Assembly (NCBI GenBank): GCA_009914755.4 | Contig: CP068257.2 | Coordinates: forward strand, 21,440,001 to 21,504,000 | DNA from: the human T2T-CHM13v2.0 reference genome, Homo sapiens | DNA: 64,000 nt | Direction: 5' to 3' | The notes under the pieces: model-generated | The model's database searches: none | Seen by the model: the letters and a program-made list of their open reading frames with translations, nothing else | Told to the model about the DNA's origin: nothing | In this document: positions 60,020 through 64,000 of the stretch, piece by piece | Layout of the letters: every line of letters starts with the position of its first letter | Numbering within the stretch: the first letter of the stretch is position 1 | Position numbers and translations under genes: made by a program

Positions 60020-60597
60020 AAAAAAGGGAGAATTATTATGAGGCTAGATCATGTGATGCTTGTACAGTGCATACTAAAAATTATTTTAAAACCAAGACAT
60101 CTGTAACTGTCTAAACTCTTCCTTAAAAACTCAAGTAGCCTCTGTTGTAGTATTTTGGTAAAAAAAAATCAGGTAACATAGTGAAAAAGCAAGCAGTTTC
60201 AGAGCTGAGATGAACTTGTCTGTTTATACATTTGGGGTTCCACAAGGAAAAACAGAGTTTTCTCCCCAGAAGGGAGTCTGGTGTCTTCTCCATTTCTTCC
60301 ATTTCTTTAAGGAACCCTATGCTGTCACAAACTAGTTTAGGTCCCTCATGCAGCAGAGGGTGCAAGAGAAAGGAGAGACAGCAGAATTATGAAGAAAACA
60401 GAATTCAGTCAACTGAGAAGACAAAGAAAAAGCTTTTGCTCAAAAAAGACAAGGTCCTAGGAAAGAAAAAAACAAAAACATGAGGCCTTTTAAGTACAAA
60501 CACACACATAGGCACACAATCACACACACATCTTGAATGTTAGATTTTAATTAAGCTGACTTTTAACCATTGAGTGCCTTTAAAAAAATATTTTTAG

Positions 60598-60895
<298 letters not shown>

Positions 60896-61875
60896 TTAAA
60901 ATCTCATTACTATATATCAGCTAGGACAATTTGCTGCTACTTCAGAAGTACCAAATAGCAAACCAGAAAGGGATTGATTTAGGAACCAAACCCAGGCTGT
61001 TGTGTGGAAAAAAAGACGATAGAACCCTAGCTATGGAACTGCATTGTGGGGTGATAGCCATTGCTCTTTCAGCCAAAAATCGGCCTAGCAAAAATTGGCC
61101 TTGTTATGTAAGTGAAGCCCCTTAAGTAGTCAAAATAAAAAATCTTTATTTTTTATTTTTTTTCCTTTTGCTGGTCCTTCTGCTCCCCCCAACACATCAC
61201 CTTTATTTTTTAATTAATTAATTTATTTATTTATTATTTGGAATTTAGCCACTTCAGAGGCCTTGTTCCCCACAATTTGGAACTTTCCTTCAGATTTGAT
61301 CAAGTTGGATAGAGTTGGTCAAACCCAGTAAGAAAAAGACCAAAACAATAACAAAAACAGAAACAAACAACAACAACAAAAACAGTTAAGCAAAACAAAC
61401 AATCACACAACTTATACAATTACTGAATGCCCTACTGGTAAAAAGAAATTAAGACCAGCTGGTTGTTAATCTTAACTTTAGCCAAGACAAACCCCAATTC
61501 AGTTACTTACCTGGGATGGATTTCAGGCAGAAGACTGCTATCATCCTAGAAGCAAGGAAAAAACATAAAACTTGCCTTGTTTGTTGGAAGTGAGTTCAAA
61601 CTCCAGAACGTAATTTTCTGCCTTCCATCATCATGGACGTATTAAAACTTGCCTTCCTTGTGTTGGAAGCAAGTAAAACTCCAAAAAGTAAGTTGTACAG
61701 CAAAATAAACTTCAGATCTTGACCAAATTTTGCAACATCAGGAATTCTCTGGAGGGGGTGCTGCCAGATCTCAGCAAATTGTCTTGTTGGTGTGAGCCAT
61801 AAAGATAGCTCAAGCTGGTACCAAGCACCAATAGGAGATTTGTCAAAGGTGAGGGGCACCTCCACCAGAACTCTT

Positions 61876-62356
61876 TTGTGGTTGCCAAAATGTGAACCCC
61901 GAATATCTGAGATAGGTCTCAGTCAGTTAAGGAAGTTTATTTTGCCAAAATTAAGGACATGAGCCCTTAACAGGCATGATAAAGCCACAAGAGGTCCTGA
62001 CAATATGTGTCCAAGGTGTCCGAGCACAGCTTGATTTATACATTTTAGAGAAACACGAGACATCAATCAGTATATGTAAGATGAACATTGGTTTGGTCCA
62101 GAAAGGCGGGACAACTCAAAGCAAAGGTGGGACAACTCAAAATGGGGAGGGGTCTTCTGGGACATAGGTAGGTAAGAGACAAATGGTTGCATTCTTTTGA
62201 GTTTCTGGTTAGCCTTTCGAAAGAAGGCAATCAGATATGCACTTATCTCAGTGAGCGGAAGGATGACTGAGCAGAATGGGAAGCAGGTTTGCCCTAAACA
62301 GTTCCCAGCTTGACTTTTTCCTTTAGATTAGTGATTTTGGGATCCCAAGGTTTATT
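61876..62356 (+). mobile_element. LTR-like repeat of about 480 bp, copy B
   Basis: The sequence from tgtgaaccccgaatatctgagataggtctcagtcagttaaggaagtttattttgccaaaattaaggacatgagccc to cagttcccagcttgactttttcctttagattagtgattttgggatcccaaggtttattttcctttca is collinear with 55158-55632. Confidence 0.5.
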
Positions 62357-62750
62357 TTCCTTTCAAACTAATAATGACATATATAATTATTTCAATAATT
62401 ATTAATAGTTTCTTTTGTTTATTGTTAAATTCAACAATCTAATCATTGTATATTTATTGAATATCTGTTTTGCAATATTTTATAAATTTATAATTTTTAT
62501 AAATTTTATAATTTTTAAAAGTAAGGAAAATCTAGCTTTGTTTTCAAGGCATCTAATTTCTTTTATAATTTTTATTGTGTATAAATAACATGATAGAGAA
62601 GCAAAATATTATGTGGGGTCCAAGGAAAAGTATATCTGTTTGAGGATGCTCAGAATAACTTCATGTAGAAACTTCTGTTCAAACTGTGATATGAACAATG
62701 GGTAGCATTCTGAAGACCATACTTGGGAGTGAAATAGTCTCTAGAGATGC

Positions 62751-63588
62751 TTTTATTATTATTATTATTATACTTTAAGTTTTAGGGTACATGTGCACAT
62801 TGTGCAGGTTAGTTACATATGTATACATGTGCCATGCTGGTGCGCTGCACTCACTAACTCGTCATCTAGCATTAGGTATATCTCCCGATGCTATCCCTCC
62901 CCCCTCCCACCACCCCACAACAGTCCCCAGAGTGTGATATTCCCCTTCCTGTGTCCATGTGATCTCATTGTTCAGTTCCCACCTATGAGTGAGAATATGC
63001 GGTGTTTGGTTTTTTGTTCTTGCGATAGTTTACTGAGAATGATGATTTCCAATTTCATCCATGTCCCTACAAAGGAAATGAACTCATCATTTTTTATGGC
63101 TGCATAGTATGGAATCATGATGTATATGTGCCACATTTTCTTAATCCAGTCTATCATTGTTGGACATTTGGGTTGGTTCCAAGTCTTTGCTATTGTGAAT
63201 AATGCCGCAATAAACATACGTGTGCATGTGTCTTTAGAGCAGCATGATTTATAGTCCTTTGGGTATATACCCAGTAATGGGATGGCTGGGTCAAATGGTA
63301 TTTCCAGTTCTAGATCCCTGAGGAGTCGCCACACTGACTTCCACAATGGTTGAACTAGTTTACAGTCCCACCAACAGTGTAAAAGTGTTCCTATTTCTCC
63401 ACATCCTCTCCAGCACCTGTTGTTTCCTGACTTTTTAATGATTGCCATTCTAACTGGTGTGAGATGGTATCTCACTGTGGTTTTGATTTGCATTTCTCTG
63501 ATGGCCAGTGATGATGAACATTTTTTCATGTGTTTTTTGGCTGCATAAATGTCTTCTTTTGAGAAGTGTCTGTTCATGTCCTTCGCCT
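62751..63588 (-). mobile_element. Young L1PA (roughly L1PA2-L1PA5) 3' end, 5'-truncated, retaining a 201-aa ORF2 C-terminal ORF
   Basis: The reverse complement matches the L1 3'UTR and ORF2 end with few substitutions. ORF 62972-63577 (-) translates [84 protein letters not shown]...[13 protein letters not shown], about 95% identical to human L1 ORF2p. A (TTA)n/T-rich tail complement sits at 62745-62770. Confidence 0.9.
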
Positions 63589-63770
63589 AACCATGTAGAC
63601 AAAACTTTGATGTTTGAGATTCCAGGGTGAGTTTAGAATGAGTATATAGTTTGGTTTGACTAAAATATTTAGGGATGAGAGGTAAAAATAGAATAAACAT
63701 ACATACTACAAGTTAAGAATACTTACCTGAAATGCTTGAAAACAGAAGTGTTTCAGATTTTGACTTCTTT

Positions 63771-63975
63771 CAGATTTTGTAATATTTGTATACACATATA
63801 TATGTATATGTAATATTTGTGTATGTATATTTGTATAAATATTTGTGTGTGTATAAATATTTGTGTGTGTATATATTGTGTGTATAAATATTTGTGTATA
63901 ATTGTGTATACTTGTGTATAATTTGTGTATAATTGTGTGTATAAATATTTGTGTGTGTGTATATAAAATGAGGTA
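63771..63975. repeat. Minisatellite of degenerate (TGTGTATAAATATT)-like units
   Basis: The run tatttgtgtgtgtataaatatttgtgtgtgtatatattgtgtgtataaatatttgtgtataattgtgtatac... explains ORF 63770-63994 (-). Confidence 0.8.
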
Positions 63976-64000
63976 TCTTTGGGGTGGGACCCAAGTCTAA

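Overview
This window reads as human (primate) intergenic DNA. It is AT-rich and packed with interspersed repeats, not a prokaryotic or compact coding locus. I recognise at least 13 Alu elements (for example 3072-3374, 7964-8251, 25543-25837, 47891-48190, 59736-60019, 60598-60895). Three L1 3'-end fragments all lie on the minus strand (11560-12010, 20150-20575, 62751-63588); the last is young and retains a 201-aa ORF2 C-terminal ORF. An older L1 is split into inverted and direct ORF2 segments, the signature of twin priming (48195-49950). There are several ERVL-MaLR LTRs of THE1/MST/MLT1 type and a 1-kb solo ERVK-like LTR with a TTAACAT target-site duplication (51110-52155). Many micro- and minisatellites are present. 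Two host-gene relics stand out. The first is a degenerate KRAB-C2H2 zinc-finger pseudogene on the minus strand, with a finger array at 6040-7930 and a putative KRAB-A remnant near 8420-8600. The second is an intronless, frameshifted copy of a Myb/SANT-like domain gene, best matching MSANTD2 by my reading, at 17290-19460 on the plus strand, itself interrupted by an Alu. Unexplained structural signals include a perfect 37-bp-arm hairpin (8661-8784), a roughly 530-bp palindromic MITE-like element (53452-53978), and two direct copies of a roughly 480-bp TG...CA LTR-like repeat 6.7 kb apart (55158-55632, 61876-62356). I see no intact protein-coding gene, no RNA gene and no CRISPR array. I also find no evidence of an undescribed biological system. 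All family names rest on pattern recognition of the sequence alone, without database searches.
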